The notes below the pieces were generated by a model. The model was not told where the DNA came from. It saw nothing but the letters and a program-made list of their open reading frames with translations, and searched no databases. Positions 37,865-51,429 of a stretch of 64,000 nucleotides of DNA are shown in pieces. Made by a program: the position numbers and the translations under genes. The stretch's first letter is position 1. Every line of letters starts with the position of its first letter. Origin of the DNA: Pristiophorus japonicus (Eukaryota); assembly GCF_044704955.1 (NCBI RefSeq), contig NC_091994.1:88288001-88352000 (forward strand). Direction: 5' to 3'.

Positions 37865-38809
37865 GTTTAAATCCTCCCCAACAGCACTAGCAAACACTCC
37901 CCCTAGGACATTGGTTCCGGTCCTGCCCAGGTGCAGACCGTCCGGTTTGTACTGGTCCCCCAGAACCGGTACCAATGCCCCAGGAATTTGAATCCCTCCC
38001 TGCTGCACCACTGCTCAAGCCACGTATTCATCTGCGCTATCCTGCGATTCCTACTCTGACTAGCAACTAGCACGTGGCACTGGTAGCAATCCCGAGATTA
38101 CTACTTTTGAGGTCCTACTTTTTAATTTAGCTCCTAGCTCCTTAAATTCGTTTCGTAGGACCTTGTCCCTTTTTTTACCTATGTCGTTGGTACCAATGTG
38201 CACCACGACAACTGGCTGATCTCCCTCCCTTTTTAGAATGTCCTGCACCCGCTCCGAGACATCCTTGACCCTTGCACCAGGGAGGCAACATACCATCCTG
38301 GAGTCTCGGTTGCGGCCGCAGAAACGCCTATCTATTCGCTTTACAATTGAATCCCCTATCACTACCGCTCTCCCACTCTTTTTTCTGCCCTCCTGTGCAA
38401 CAGAGTCAGCCATGGTGCCATGAACTTGGCTGCTGCTGCCCTCCCCTGATGAGTCATCCCCCTCAACAGTACCCAAAGCAGTGTATCTGTGTTGCAGGGG
38501 GATGACCACAGGGGACTCCTGCACTACCTTCCTTGCACTGCTCTTCCTGTTGGTCTTCCATTCCCTATCTGGCTGTGGACCCTTTCCCTGCGGTACGACC
38601 AACTCGCTACACGTGATACTCACGTCATTCTCAGCATCGTGGATGCTCCAGAGTGAATCCACCCTCAGCTCCAACTCCGCAACGCGGACCGTCAGGAGCT
38701 GGAGGTGGATACACTTCCTGCACACATAGTCGACAGGGACACTGGAATCATCCCCGAGTTCCCACATGGTACAGGAGGAGCATAACACCCGACCGAGCTC
38801 TCCTGCCAT
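37865..38809 (-). pseudogene. CR1 ORF1 (Cys-rich zinc finger, coiled coil, SGNH esterase)
   Basis: CSSC..CRKC, VAELELRVDSL, IGDS and HIGTND motifs; disrupted at ~38060. Confidence 0.9.
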
Positions 38810-39275
38810 GACTTAACCCTTAGATACACTTAAATTGGCAACAACAATGTTAAAAGTTACTCACTGATATAGAAGAGAAAAAAGAAAAACTACTCATCAA
38901 TCACCAGCCAATCACTTACCCTCTTGGCTGTGACGTCACCTTTTGATTTCTTTCTACTTCTTTTTGCCTTCTCCCTGTAGCTGCACAAGTACGCCTTTTA
39001 TAGGCCTCACCAACGGACCTCCTCGACGCTGCACCCAACTGCCGCTGACGCTGGGCCCCAGACTCCCTGCTGTGCCTTTTATAGGCCTCACCAACGGACC
39101 TCCGATGCTGCTCCCGACTGCCACCTCGTGCAGGAGAGTATAAAAGGTTGCCTGCCATGCTGTTTAGGCACTCTGGAGTTGTATTAAAGAGACTAAGATC
39201 ACATCAGTTTTCGCTCACAGTATTCAGTCTTGTGGAGTTCTTCCATACTTAACAATTGGCGATGAGTAACAGATT

Positions 39276-42200
39276 ATGAACTTTCACATGGTCATGGCTG
39301 CCGTTGGTATTTTAGAGAGATTAGTAGAGTGTGATGATTGGGAAGCCTTCGTTGAGCGTCTCGACCAGTGCTTCATGGCCAACGAGCTGGATAGGGATGA
39401 TAAAGCGATCAAGCGCAGGGTGATTCTCCTCACCATGTGTGGGTCCACATATGCGGCCTCATCAAGAATCTGCTAGCACCGGAGAAACCATTGGAGAAGA
39501 TATATACAGAGTTGTGTACGCTGGTTCTGAACCACCTCAAGCCGAAGGAGAGAGTCTTAATGACCAGGTATCGCTTCTACACGCACCACCGCTCCGAGGG
39601 CCAGGACGTGGCGAGTTATGTCACCGACCTGAGATGCCTTGTGGGAACTTGTGAATTTGCTGGATTTTTGGGGGAAATGCTGCGGGACTTTTTTGTGCTT
39701 GGCATCGGCCACGAGGTCATCCTTCGATGTCCGCCTAATCCCTAGACCCGAGTGTGCCATCATGATAGCCCAGGCATTCATATCCACGAGCGATAATACC
39801 AGACAGATATCTTCCTAGCATCGAAGCTCACCGGCAAGTACTGTGCATAAAATAACGTCGCTAGCAGGCAGAACTTCATATGGCAGGTTCTACACATCTG
39901 CAGCTGCAAGACCTAGGATGACTCAGAGTTCACTATCGGGCGTGAATGCAAATCCATTAGCACCATGTTGGTGCTGCGGGGGTAATCATCGAACCCATCA
40001 ATGTCGATTCAAGCACTACGTGTGCAAAGGCTGTGAAACAATGGGGCACCTCCAGCGAATGTGCAAGAGTGCTGCGACTCACCAAGTGGCAGAGTCGGCA
40101 GAGGATGATTGATCCGGCGCGGATCACGCAGAACAAACAAGAGAGGCAACTTAACCCGCGGAAGAGGTGTATGGGGTACACACCTTCACCACCAAGAGCC
40201 CTCCTATTATGCTGAAAGTCAAATTGAACGGTATTCCGGTATCAATGGAGTTGGACACGGGGGGAGTCAGTCAATTATGAGTCAGAAGGCTTTTGAGAAA
40301 CTGTGGGGCAACAAGGCACAAAGGTCCAAACTGAGCCCAATTCAGACAAAGCTGCGCACCTACACCAAAGAGCTCATACCACTCATTGGCAGTGCGGCAG
40401 TTAAGGTATCGTACAATGGAGCTGTGCATGATTTATCACTGTGGATTGTACCAGACGATGGCCCAACGCTATTCAGCAGAAGCTGGCTGAGAAAGATTCG
40501 ATGGAACTGGGACGACATCAAAGCACTTTCTTCAATGGATGATGCTCCGTGTGCCCAAGTGCTGAGCAAGTTTCCGTTGCTATTTGAACCAGGCATCAGC
40601 AACTTAACAGGCGCCAAGGTGCAGATCTATCTAGTCCCCGATGGAAGGCCCATTCATCACAAGGCTCAAGCGGTTCCATATATGATGAGGGAGAAAGTCG
40701 AGATCGAACTGGACAAGACTTCAATGAGAGGGAATTATATCGCCAGTCGAGTTCAACGAGTGGGCCAGTTCAATTGTTCCGGTGTTGAAAAGCGATGGCA
40801 CAATCAGAATCTGCCGAGACTACAAGGTAACGATCAACAGAGTCTCGTTACAGGACCAGTACCCGCTACCCAAGGCGGATGACCTGTTCGCAACGTTAGC
40901 AGGAGGGAAGTCGTTAAACAAGTTGGACCTAACCTCCGCTTACATGACACAGGAGTTGGCTGAATCTTCGAAAAGATTGACGTGCATCAACACGCGCAAA
41001 GGACTGTTTATATACCACAGGTGCCCTTTTGGGATTCGCTTGGCTGCTGCCATCTTCCAGAGGAACATGGAGAGTCTGCTGAAATCGGTTCCGTGCACCG
41101 TTGTGTTTCAAGATGACATCCTGATCACCGGTCGTGACACCACCGAACACCTGCACAACCTGGAAGAGGTTCTAAGTTGACTAGACAGAGTGGGACTCAG
41201 GCTGAAACACTCCAAGTGTGTTTTCCTGGTGTCAGAGGTCGAATTTTTGGGGAGAAAGATTGCAGCAGACAATATTAAACACACGGACTCAAAGACAGAG
41301 CCCATTAAGAATGCACCCAGACCACAGAATGTGACGGAACTGCATTCATTCCTGGGACTCCTCAACTATTTTGGTAACTTTCTACCTGGGTTAAGCACTT
41401 TGCTGGAACCATTGCATATGTTGCTACGTAAGGGTGATGACTGGGTTTGGGGTAAATCTCAAGAGACAGCCTTTGAGAAGGCCAGAAACCTACTTTGTTC
41501 TAATAAGTTACTTGTACTGTATGACCCATGTAAATGATTAGTGCTAGCTTGTGTTGCATCTTCGTACGGGGTCGGCTGTGTGTTACAGCAAACCAATGTA
41601 TCGGGCAAACTTCAACCGGTTGCATATGCGTCTAGAAGTCTGTCTAAGGCTGAAAGAATCTACAGTATGGTCGAGAAAGAGGCGTTAGCATGTATATATG
41701 GGGTTAAGAAAATGCACCAAAAACTTTTGGACTTCGGTTTGAGCTTGAAACCGACCACAAACTGCTCATTTCGCTGTTTTCAGAAAGCAAAGGTATAAAC
41801 ACCAATGCTTAGTCCCGTATCCAAAGATGGGCACTAACATTGTCCGCCTATGACTATGTTATCCGCCACAGACCAGGCACGGAGAACTGTGCTGATGGCT
41901 ACTATTGCCCATTACCGGGGGTGGAAATGGCGCAGCCTGCATACTTGCTTCTGGTCATGGATGCTTTTGAGAGCGTGGGGTCACCTGTCACTGCTCGCCA
42001 GATCAGGACCTGGACCAGCCAGGATCTTGTGCTATCGCTTGTAAAATGTTGCGTCCTCAATGGGAGCTGGTTGGCCATTCCCGGGGAGATGCAAGATGAA
42101 ATTAAGCCGTTTCACCGACGCAAAGATGAAATGTCCATCTAGTCGGATTGTCTCTTATAGGGTAATTGCGTGGTTTTGCCAAAAAAAGGCAGGAAAACGT

Positions 42201-43310
42201 TTATATGTGACCTACACAGTACCCACTCAGGCATAGTCATGATGAAGGTTATAGTCAGGTCGCATGTTTGGTTGTCCGGCATCAACTCGGACTTAGAGTC
42301 ATGTGTACACCAGTGCAACACGTGTTCACAACTGAGCAATGCACCAAGGGAGGCTCCATTGAGTCTGTGGTCATGGCCCTCCAAACCGTGGTCCAGGATC
42401 CACGTAGATTTTGCTGGCCCCTTTCTCGGAAAGATGTTTTTAGTTGTAGTAGACGCTTACTCTAAATGGATTGAATGCGTAATCATGTCATCCAGCACAT
42501 CCACAGCCACCATTGAAAGCCTCCGGGCTATGTTTGCCACCCATGGCTTGCCCGACGTCCTTGTCAGTGACAATGGACCATGTTTCACCAGCTCGGAATT
42601 CAACGAGTTTATGACCTGCAATGGCATCAAGCATGTCAGGTCTGCCCCGTTTAAGCACATATCCAACGGTCAAGCAGAATGGGCAGTCCAAACTATCAAG
42701 CAGAGCTTGAAACGCGTGACTGAAGGCTCCTTGCAGACCCGCTTATCTTGGGTTCTGCTCTGCTCACTCGCTCACTGGGGTTCCCCCCTGCAGAATTGCT
42801 AATGAAGAGAGCACTCAAAACCAGGCTCTCCCTAGTCCACCTGGATCTAAATGATCATGTGGAAACCCGACGTCACCGGCAAAACATGTACCACGATCGT
42901 GCGGCTGTATCGCGTGACATTGATGTTAACGACCCTGTGTCTGTCCTGAATTATGGTCATGGTCCTAAATGGGTTGCTGGCACTGTCTTCGCCAAGGAGG
43001 GGAATAGAGTGTTTATAGGCAAACTACTGAATGGACAAACCTACAGAAAGCATTTGGATCAGACCAAACTGCGGTTCACCGACAACCAGGAACAAATGAA
43101 GAGGACATCACCATCATCGATCCACCAATACACAACCAACCAGCAATCAACCTCGCTGTCAATCAAGAGGATGAACCCACCATTCCCAACAGTCCTGTCA
43201 GACCAGCCGCGCCGCAGTGCAGCAATGGTCCGACCAACTCACCCATGCTAGAGTTTGAACTCAGACGATCAACCAGGGAGCGTAGGGCCCCGGATTGTCT
43301 CAACTTGTAA
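39276..43310 (+). pseudogene. Gypsy gag-pol (gag, CCHC, protease, RT FQDD, RNase H, integrase), disrupted
   Basis: ORF fragments with canonical motifs in Gypsy order PR-RT-RH-IN. Confidence 0.9.
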
Positions 43311-43567
43311 ATAATTTGTATCAAAGACTTTTGGGGGGGGGAGTGATGTTATGTATGTAAACATTGTGACTGTGTAAGACTTGCCACCAGAGGGCACAAT
43401 TGTTGGAGGCTCAAGGGTCACCTGCACACCTTGTGCAGGAGAGTATAAAAGGTTGTCTGCCATGCTGCTTAGGCACTCTGGAGTTGTATTAAAGAGACTA
43501 AGGTCACATCAATTTTAGCTCACAGTACTCAGTCTTGTGGCGTTCTTCCATACTTAACAATTTGTAC

Positions 43568-43633
43568 CTGATGATTATGCTGGTGTCCCACGGCGATGAC
43601 AGCTGCAGACTGGGCCTGTAGATGAGTCTTTAC
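43568..43633 (-). CDS. SLC25A34: SLC25A34 coding exon 2
   Basis: TAG acceptor and GTACAA donor; 66 nt; VKTHLQAQSAAVIAVGHQHNHQ. Confidence 0.92.
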
Positions 43634-44014
43634 CTATGAGGAAGCAAAGCACAAAACAGTCACAAGTGGTTTATGGACTATGCAGAAGAGGATTCAGGCA
43701 CCAGCTGGGAAGTTACAAAATCAGTAAACAAACTCTCAATAAAGTTAAAATAATTGCTGAAATCTTGATATTCTGCAACATTTCTAAGTTCGGATTTATT
43801 AAAACCATGAGTTTTAAAGTGATTGGTGAATGACTAATGCTGTCTGACCAAAGGATTGTTTGACTGCTGCATCATCTGCTCAGTTTAAATGATCTAGATG
43901 AGCATTTGATTGCATTCTATTATTTCACAACTAACATTAAGAAAATTACAATATAATTCCTTACCAATTAGATCATCAGACACCATAGAGCCCAGTCTCA
44001 TACGCAGTGAGTGG

Positions 44015-44582
44015 TTTCTTTATTCATACACGGGATGTGGGCGTCGCTAGCAAGGCCAACATTTATTGTCCATTCCTAATTGCCCTTGAGAAGATGGTGG
44101 GTGGTGAGCCACCTTCTTGAACCGCTGCAATCCGAGTGGTGAAGGTACTCCCACAGTGCTGTTAGATAGGGAGTTCCAGGATTTTGACCCAGCGACATTG
44201 AAGGAACAACGATATATTTCCAAATCAGAGTGGTGTGGGACTTGAGGGGAACTTGGAGGTGGTGTTCCCATGTGCTTGCTGCCCTTGACCTTCTAGTTGG
44301 TAGAGGTCACGGGTTTGGGTGGTTCTGTCGAAGAAACCTTGGCGAGTTGCTGCAGTACATCTTGTAGATGGCACACACTGCAACCATGGTGTGCCTACTC
44401 CTGCTCCTATTTCTTATGTTCTTATCACACTCCTGACTTGTGCCTTGTAGATGGTGAAAAGGCTTTGGGGAGTCAGGAGGTGAATCACTCGCCACAGAAT
44501 ACCCAGCCTCTGACCTGCTCTTGTAGCCACAGTATTTATGTGGCTGGTTCAGTTAAGTTTCTGATCAATGGTGACCCCCAGG
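44015..44582 (-). mobile_element. CR1-group LINE 3' fragment (different family)
   Basis: SF.VAGSKSWNSL remnant and GGGCAATTAGG.ATGG.CAATAAATG 3' end; short CR1 tail inserted at ~44392-44425. Confidence 0.65.
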
Positions 44583-44725
44583 ATTTTTGGATACCAAGGG
44601 AATCAAATGATATGGGGATAGTGCAGGAAAGTGGAGTTATGGTAGAAGATCAGTCATGATCTTACTGAATGGCAGAGCAGGCTCGAAGGGCCGAAAGGCC
44701 GATTCTTCTCCTGTTTCTTATGTTT
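44583..44725 (+). mobile_element. Short CR1 3' end
   Basis: GATCAGTCATGATC...GGCTCGAAGGGCCGAAAGGCC...TTCTTATG. Confidence 0.7.
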
Positions 44726-44989
44726 TAAACATTAAATGCTACATATAGGAAGGCAACATGCATATTCAATGAATAATCTTAAAATAACTAAAGGTGAAAC
44801 TGAAAGATCGCGCCCAGAAGCTACACAATGAGCCGCAAATACATAATAAGCCAACGCCGAGCAAGCCAGCCACAGCTCCTGATTTGAAGAGCAGCAGCTG
44901 TTGTTTTCCTCTGCTTCATAAATGTGCAAATTCATTGGAACAGATTCAGCTGTCCATGTGACCCGAGGACTATTTAAATCTCAGCCGTA

Positions 44990-45513
44990 TGGACGTAAAC
45001 TAGAGGTGATCCAAAACTCAGCTGCCCGTGTCCTAACTCGCACCAAGTCTGGCTCATCCATCACCCCTGTGCTCGCTGACCTACATTGGCTCCCGGTTAA
45101 GCAACGCCTCGATTTCAAAATTCTCATCCTTATTTTTAAATCCCTTCATGGCTTTGCCCTCCCTACCTCTGCATTGTCCTCCAGCCCCACAACCCCTTGA
45201 AATGTCTACGCTCCTCTAATTCTGCCCTCTTGAGCATCCCTGATTATAATCGCTCAACCATTAGTGGCTGTGCCTTCTGTTGCCTTGGCCCCAAGCTCTG
45301 GAACTCCCTGCCTAAATCGCTCCACCTCTCTATCCCTCTTTTCTCCTTTAAGACACTCCTTAAAATCTACCTCTTTGACCAAGCTTTTGGTTACCTGCGC
45401 TAATTTCTACTTATGTGGCTCGGTGTCAAATTTTTAAAATCTCTTAATACTCCTGTGAAGCGCCTTGGGACGTTTCACTATGTTCTAGGTGCTATATAAA
45501 TACAAGTTGTTGT
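44990..45513 (+). mobile_element. L2 LINE 3' fragment
   Basis: IQNSAARVL, ITPVLADLHWLPV.QR.DFKIL and LWNSLP motifs; tail GCTATATAAATACAAGTTGTTGTT. Confidence 0.9.
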
Positions 45514-46149
45514 TTCTATTTAAATAGGGTGCTAAGAACTTGCACACAGGGGCTACAGGAACAATTGCCACGGCTATGTTTATATAGCATGAAAACGGGG
45601 TCACTGCACCTTCCCTGTCTAGTTCATCCGTGACCAGTGGACAGAACAAAAGGGAGTTTTACAGGGCACATGTGGACTGTTACTTTAAATTACTCTGCAT
45701 TGAAACCATCTACCTCAAACTGATTAGCAAAACCATTTTGAACACAATTTCACCAAAATTTCAGATAATTGACATCAGTGAATCACGCACACGAGGTCTG
45801 ACAGCATCATCAACCGCAAACAACCAAGTGCAAAACAACCTGACACCACGCTTTAAAACAGCAGCAAAAGGCGGAACTGTGCTGCTGGCATTCAGTCCAA
45901 GGTTAGACTGAGGCACTGAATCCCATGGATATTAATGCAGTCAAGATGCCCATGGGCTTCTCCTATAAACAATGGCACTGGAGCAACTTAAGTAGAAACC
46001 TGCGTGGACAGGGGTTCCTCCAACATCTCCCACCCACCCACCCAAATTTGTTCCACCCTCTCTTTGAAGTGTTGACATCTTGTTCCACTGGCGCAGACCA
46101 CCCTCTGCTATCTCACCCAAGGGACCGCTCTTCTTGCGTGGTCCTAGTG

Positions 46150-46604
46150 ATCAGCCATGCCTCAGTGGGTAGCACTCTCGCCTCTGAGTCAAAAGGTTGT
46201 GGGTCCAAATCCCACTCAAGATTTGAGCACAAAGTCAAGGCTGGCACTTTGGTGCACGACTGAGTGAGTGCTGCACTGTCGGAGGTGCCGTCTCTTGGAT
46301 GAGATTTTAAACCGAGGCCCAATCTGCCCTTTCAGGTGGATGCAAAAGATACTATGGCACCATTTTGAAGAAGAGCAGGGCAATTCAACATGGTCAATAC
46401 TAATCCCTCAACCAACATCACTAAAACAAATTATCTGGTCATTATCACATTGCTGTTTGTGGGTCCTTTCTCTGCACAAATTGGCTGCCATGATTCATAC
46501 ATTACAACAGTGACTATACTTCAAAAAGTAGTTCAGTGGCTGTAGAGAGCTTTGGGACATCCTGAGGTCCGGAAAGGCATATATAAATGCGTTTCTTCTT
46601 TCTT
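46150..46604 (+). mobile_element. Full-length Deu-domain SINE
   Basis: Colinear with 33912-34350. Confidence 0.85.
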
Positions 46605-46643
46605 TGGAACATCAGTTTTCTGACACAGTGCAAGCTGCACCTT

Positions 46644-49550
46644 CATAGAAATATAGAAAATAGGCGCAGGAGCAGGCCATTTGGCCCTTCGAGCCTGCAC
46701 CGCCATTCAATATGATCATGGCTGATCATTCAACCTCAGTACCCCACCCCAGCCATCTCTCCATACTCCCTGATCCCTTTAGCCTTAAGGGCCACATCTA
46801 ACTCCCTTTTGAATATGTCCAACGAACTGGACTCAACAACTTTCTGAGGCAGAGAATTCCATAGGTTCACAACTCTTTGGGTGAAAAAGTTTCTCCTCAT
46901 CTCGGTCCTATATGGCTTACTCCTTATCCTTAGACTGTCTCCCCTGGTTCTGGACTTCCCCAACATCAGGAACATTCTTCCTGCATCTAACCTGTCCAGT
47001 CCTGTCAAAATTTTATACGCTTCTATGAGATCCCCTCTCATTCTTCTAAATTCCAGTGAGTATAAGCCTAGCCGATCCAGTCTTTCCTCATATGTCAATC
47101 CTGCCATCCCGGGAATCAGTCTGGTGAACCTTCGCTGCACTCCCTCAATAGCAAGCACGTCCTTCCTCAGATTAGGAGACCAAAACTGCACACAATACTC
47201 AAGGTGTGGTCTCACCAAGGACCTGCAGCAAGACCTCCCTGCTCCTATACTCAAATCCCCTCGCTATGAAGGCCAACGTGGCATTTGCTTTCTTTACTGC
47301 CTGCTGTACCTGCATGCCTACCTTCAACGACTGATGTACCATGACACCCAGGTCTCGTTGCACTTCCCCTTTTACTAATCTGTCACCATTCAGATAATAA
47401 TCTACCTTCCTGTTTTTGCCACCAAAGTGGATAACCTCACATTTATCCACATTATACTGCATCTGCCATGCATTTGCCCATTCACCTAACCTGTCCAAGT
47501 CCCCCTGCAGCCTCTTAGCATCCTCCTCACAGCTCACACTGCCACCCAGCTTAGTGTCATCTGCAAACTTGGAGATATTACATTCAATTCCTTCGTCTAA
47601 ATCATTAATGTATATTGTAAATAGCTAGGGGCCCAGCACTGAATCCTGCGATGTCCCACTAGTCGCTGACTGCTATTCTGAAAATACCTGTTTATTCCCA
47701 CTCTTTGCTTCCTGTCTGCCAACCATTTCTCTATCCACGTCAATACATTACCCCCAATACCATGTGCCTTAATTTTGCGCACTAATCTCTTGTGTGGGAC
47801 CTTGTCAAAAGCCTTTTGACAGTCCAAAAACACCACATCTACTGGTTCTCCCTTATCCACTCTACTAGTTACATCCTCAAAAAAATCTAGAAGATTTGTC
47901 AAGCAGGTTTCTCTTTCATAAATCCATGCTGACTTGGACCGATCCTGTCACTGCTTTCCAAATGCGCTGCTATTACATCTTTAATAATTGACTCCAGCAT
48001 TTTCCCCACCACTGATGTCAGGCCGACCGGTCTATAATTCCCTGTTTTCTCTCTCTCACCTTTTTTAAAAAGTGGGGTTACATTAGCTACCCTCCAATCC
48101 ATAGGAACTGATCCAGAGTCCATGGAATGTTGGAAAATGACCACCAATGCATCCACTATTTCTAGGGCCACTTCCTTAAGTACTCTGGGATGCAGACTAT
48201 CAGGCCCTGGGGATTTATCGGCCTTCAGTCCCTTCAATTTCCCTAACGCAATTTCCTGACTAATAAGGATTTCCCTTCTCGCTAGACCCTCGGTCCCCTA
48301 TTATTTTCGGAAGGTTATTCGTGTATTCCTTAGTGAAGACAGAACCAAAGTATTTGTTCAATTGGTCTGCCATTTCCTTGTTCCCCATTATGAATTCACC
48401 TGATTCTGACTGCAAGGGACCTGCATTAGTCTTTACTAATCTTTTTCTGTACACATATCTATAGAAGCTTTTACAGTCAGTTTTTATGTTCCCTGCAAGT
48501 TTACTCTCATACTCTATTTTTCCCCTCCTAATTAAACTCTTAGTCCTCCTCTGCTGAATTCTAAATTTCTCCCAGTCCTCAGGTTTGCTGCTTTTTCTGG
48601 GAATTTATATGCCTCTTTCTTATATTTAACACTTTCCCTAATTTCCCTTGTTAGCCACGGTTGAGCCACCTTCCCTTTTTTATTTTTACGCCACACAGGG
48701 ATGTACAATTGTTGTAGTTCATCCATGTGATCTTTAAATGTCTGCCATTGCCTATCCACCGTCAACCCTTTAAGTATCATTCGCCAGTCTATCCTAGCCA
48801 ATTCATGTCTCATACCGTCGAAGTTTCCTTGCTTTAAGTTCAGGACCTTAGTCTCTGAATTAACTGTGTCACTCTCCATCTTAATGAAGAATTCTACCAT
48901 ATTATGGTCACTCTTCCCCAAGGGGCCTCGCACGACCAGATTGCTAATTAATCCTCTCTCGTTACACAAGACATTGTCTAGGATGGCTTGCTGTCTAGTT
49001 AATTCCTCGACATATTGGTCTAGAAAACCATCCCTTATGCACTTCAGGAACTCCTCCTCCACAGTATTGCTACCAGTTTGGTTGGCCCAATAAATATGTA
49101 GATTAAAGTCACCCATGATAACTGCTGTACCCTTATTGCACGCATCCCTAATTTCCTGTTTGATGCCGTCCCCAACCTCCCTACTACTGTTTGGTGGTCT
49201 GTACACAACTCCCGCTAACGTTTTCTGCTCTTTGGTGTTTCGAAGCTCTACCCATATAGATTCCACATCATCCACACTAATGTCCTTCCTTACTATTGCG
49301 TTAATCTCCTCTTTAACCATCCCCACCTCCTTTGCCTTTCTGTCTATCCTTCCTGAATATTGAATACCCCTGGATGTTGAGTTCCCAGCCTTGGTTACCC
49401 TGGAGCCATGTCTCCGTAATCCCAATTACATCATATGCGTTAACAGCTATCTGCGCAGTTAATTCATCCACCTTATTACGAATGCTCCTCGCATTGAGAC
49501 TCAGAGCCTTCCGGCTTGTATTTTTTAACACTCTTTGTCCTTTTAGAATT
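46644..49550 (-). mobile_element. CR1 LINE, 5'-truncated, ORF2 disrupted
   Basis: APE and RT motifs in minus-strand ORFs; CATAGAAA tail. Confidence 0.94.
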
Positions 49551-50015
49551 CCTTCCAATCATGCTTAAAGAAAATATAAAAAACTTACATATCTCACAAT
49601 AACATGATTACTGATATCATTTTTTGTGTCTTTGACTACCTTCATGAACATTTGACACAGAGGCCTCAGCCTCTCAAAATCCTAGCGTTAGGGTTGAAAT
49701 TCTCTCAGAACTTTCATTGTCAGCTGAAGAGCTGTAACAATTACAGCTGTGTTTGCATTTCCCAGAATATTAGTGTGAGCATGTGAGGATCTCTCATTCT
49801 CTCACTGCAACAACTCAAAGCATGTATTTCCTCAGACGACAGCAATATTTATGAGTTTGTTTTCCCAAATGAACTGAGAGAGATAGACAGAGGAAGATGA
49901 TACCACCTACTTTTGTTGTTCATACTGAGAATTTGAAAACATTGTTCACCAAGATTTAATTATGCAGCTGTAGAACACATTTAATTATCTAGCTGCAATG
50001 GGTAAGGAAAATATT

Positions 50016-50878
50016 GTGCTTGAAATTGAGGTCGGAGACTTCCTTCGTACGAATGCCTCTGACCTGAAAAAATTCTACGCATCTACGTGTTGGTCTTGGA
50101 GAAACGTAAGATCCTGGTCAGAGGCCTAGATTTGCTGCGCAGCGCATGGAGACCTGTCTTCGAGGTACGCAAGTCCAAGCTGGAGTCACGTGAGCCTGGA
50201 CAACCAATCACGGTGCAGTATTATTATTGATAATAATGGGAACTCCGTTTGTATGAGTTCCCATTATTATAGAAACATAGAAAATAGATGCAGGAGTAGG
50301 CCATTCGGCCCTTCGAGCCTACACCACCATTCAATAAGGTCATGGCTGATCATTCCCTCAGTACCCCTTTGTCATTGATAATGAGAAAACCCTCTAAAAC
50401 ACCCAAATACAGCATATTGAATAATAAATAAAAAACCTCACATATTTGAAATTAAATGTAATTAAATGTTTTAGAAAAAATATATATTGGAGGATTTTTT
50501 TTAAATGTGTTTTAATAGTGTTAAAAATAAACTTAGTTTAATGGACAGGGTTTTTAAACCATAAAAATGTGTATTTAAATTTAATTTTTATATGTTTTAA
50601 AACTGCTAAGCTGGTAAAAGTAAGCTATGCGCCTGCTTTCACCAGGCGCAAAAGTTTGAAGGACATTCGTTGGGCATGAGTTGGGCAAATAGCCCAATCT
50701 CTTCCGCGCAGATGTCCTTCTCCCAGGGATACGGAGGATCTGTCAAGAGAAATCTTGACAGACTGGAAAAAACGCTTTTTGGCGCACGCGCACCGCGCCC
50801 CGAAAACTGGATTTTGCGAGGCCTCACCGGGTCCGTGTGCACTTCTTATGGACGTGGTGAGGCCGGAATTTTAGCCCC
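50016..50878. mobile_element. Probable PIF/Harbinger-like non-autonomous element with a short CR1 tail inserted (~50268-50370)
   Basis: Imperfect TIR GTGCTTGAAATT / AATTTTAGCCCC; ATT on both flanks; AT-rich centre. Confidence 0.5.
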
Positions 50879-51429
50879 ATTAAATTATTTACTTTCCAAG
50901 TACCGATCAAAAAAATATTTCTTTCATTGACTCTGGGCAGATTTCTGAGAACATTTATTTCAAATTCTCTCATTCGAGATGTGCAACCCTTCACCACCCC
51001 CACCATCCTACAGCCTGAAATTGTCAAGCAATCAGCAAAAGTTCTTGACTAAACAACAATGTAACTCTGAGTGACCTGAGCTCATTTTTACTCATCAGCA
51101 ATCTGACATGGTGGACCTTAAGGGACACTACTGCACCATGGAAGAATGATACATTGTGCATTATATGCTATAATACTCTTGTCATTCTAAAAAGGTGCAT
51201 CATCCAACTTAGCATGAACAAAGTCATGGTTGAGCGACAATATTTTTATATATTAAAAAACCATGTGCATGCTATGATAAAAATAGCTCCAAGAAAGAAA
51301 GCCAGTCACTTCCAATTCACAGACAAACGGCTCCACACACAGAAATACCTTCCAATTGACTTCAGGAGCCACACTTTAAGTCAGTGGTTCTCAAATTTTT
51401 TTGGGTGCAGGGCCCCTTTTCAAATGAAT

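Larger units (their letters stand above)
34785..39121 (-). mobile_element. Near full-length CR1 LINE
   Basis: 5'UTR, ORF1, ORF2 and (TTTCTATG)n tail; 3-bp duplication CAC at the insertion point in the LTR. Confidence 0.96.
34702..43559 (+). mobile_element. Full-length Ty3/Gypsy LTR retrotransposon (decayed gag-pol) with CR1 inserted in the 5' LTR
   Basis: 5' LTR 34702-34784 + 39125-39254 and 3' LTR 43347-43559 (213 bp each, 13 differences counted by eye); PBS TGGCGATGAG; PPT 43333-43346; TSD GTTTG/ATTTG. Confidence 0.95.
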
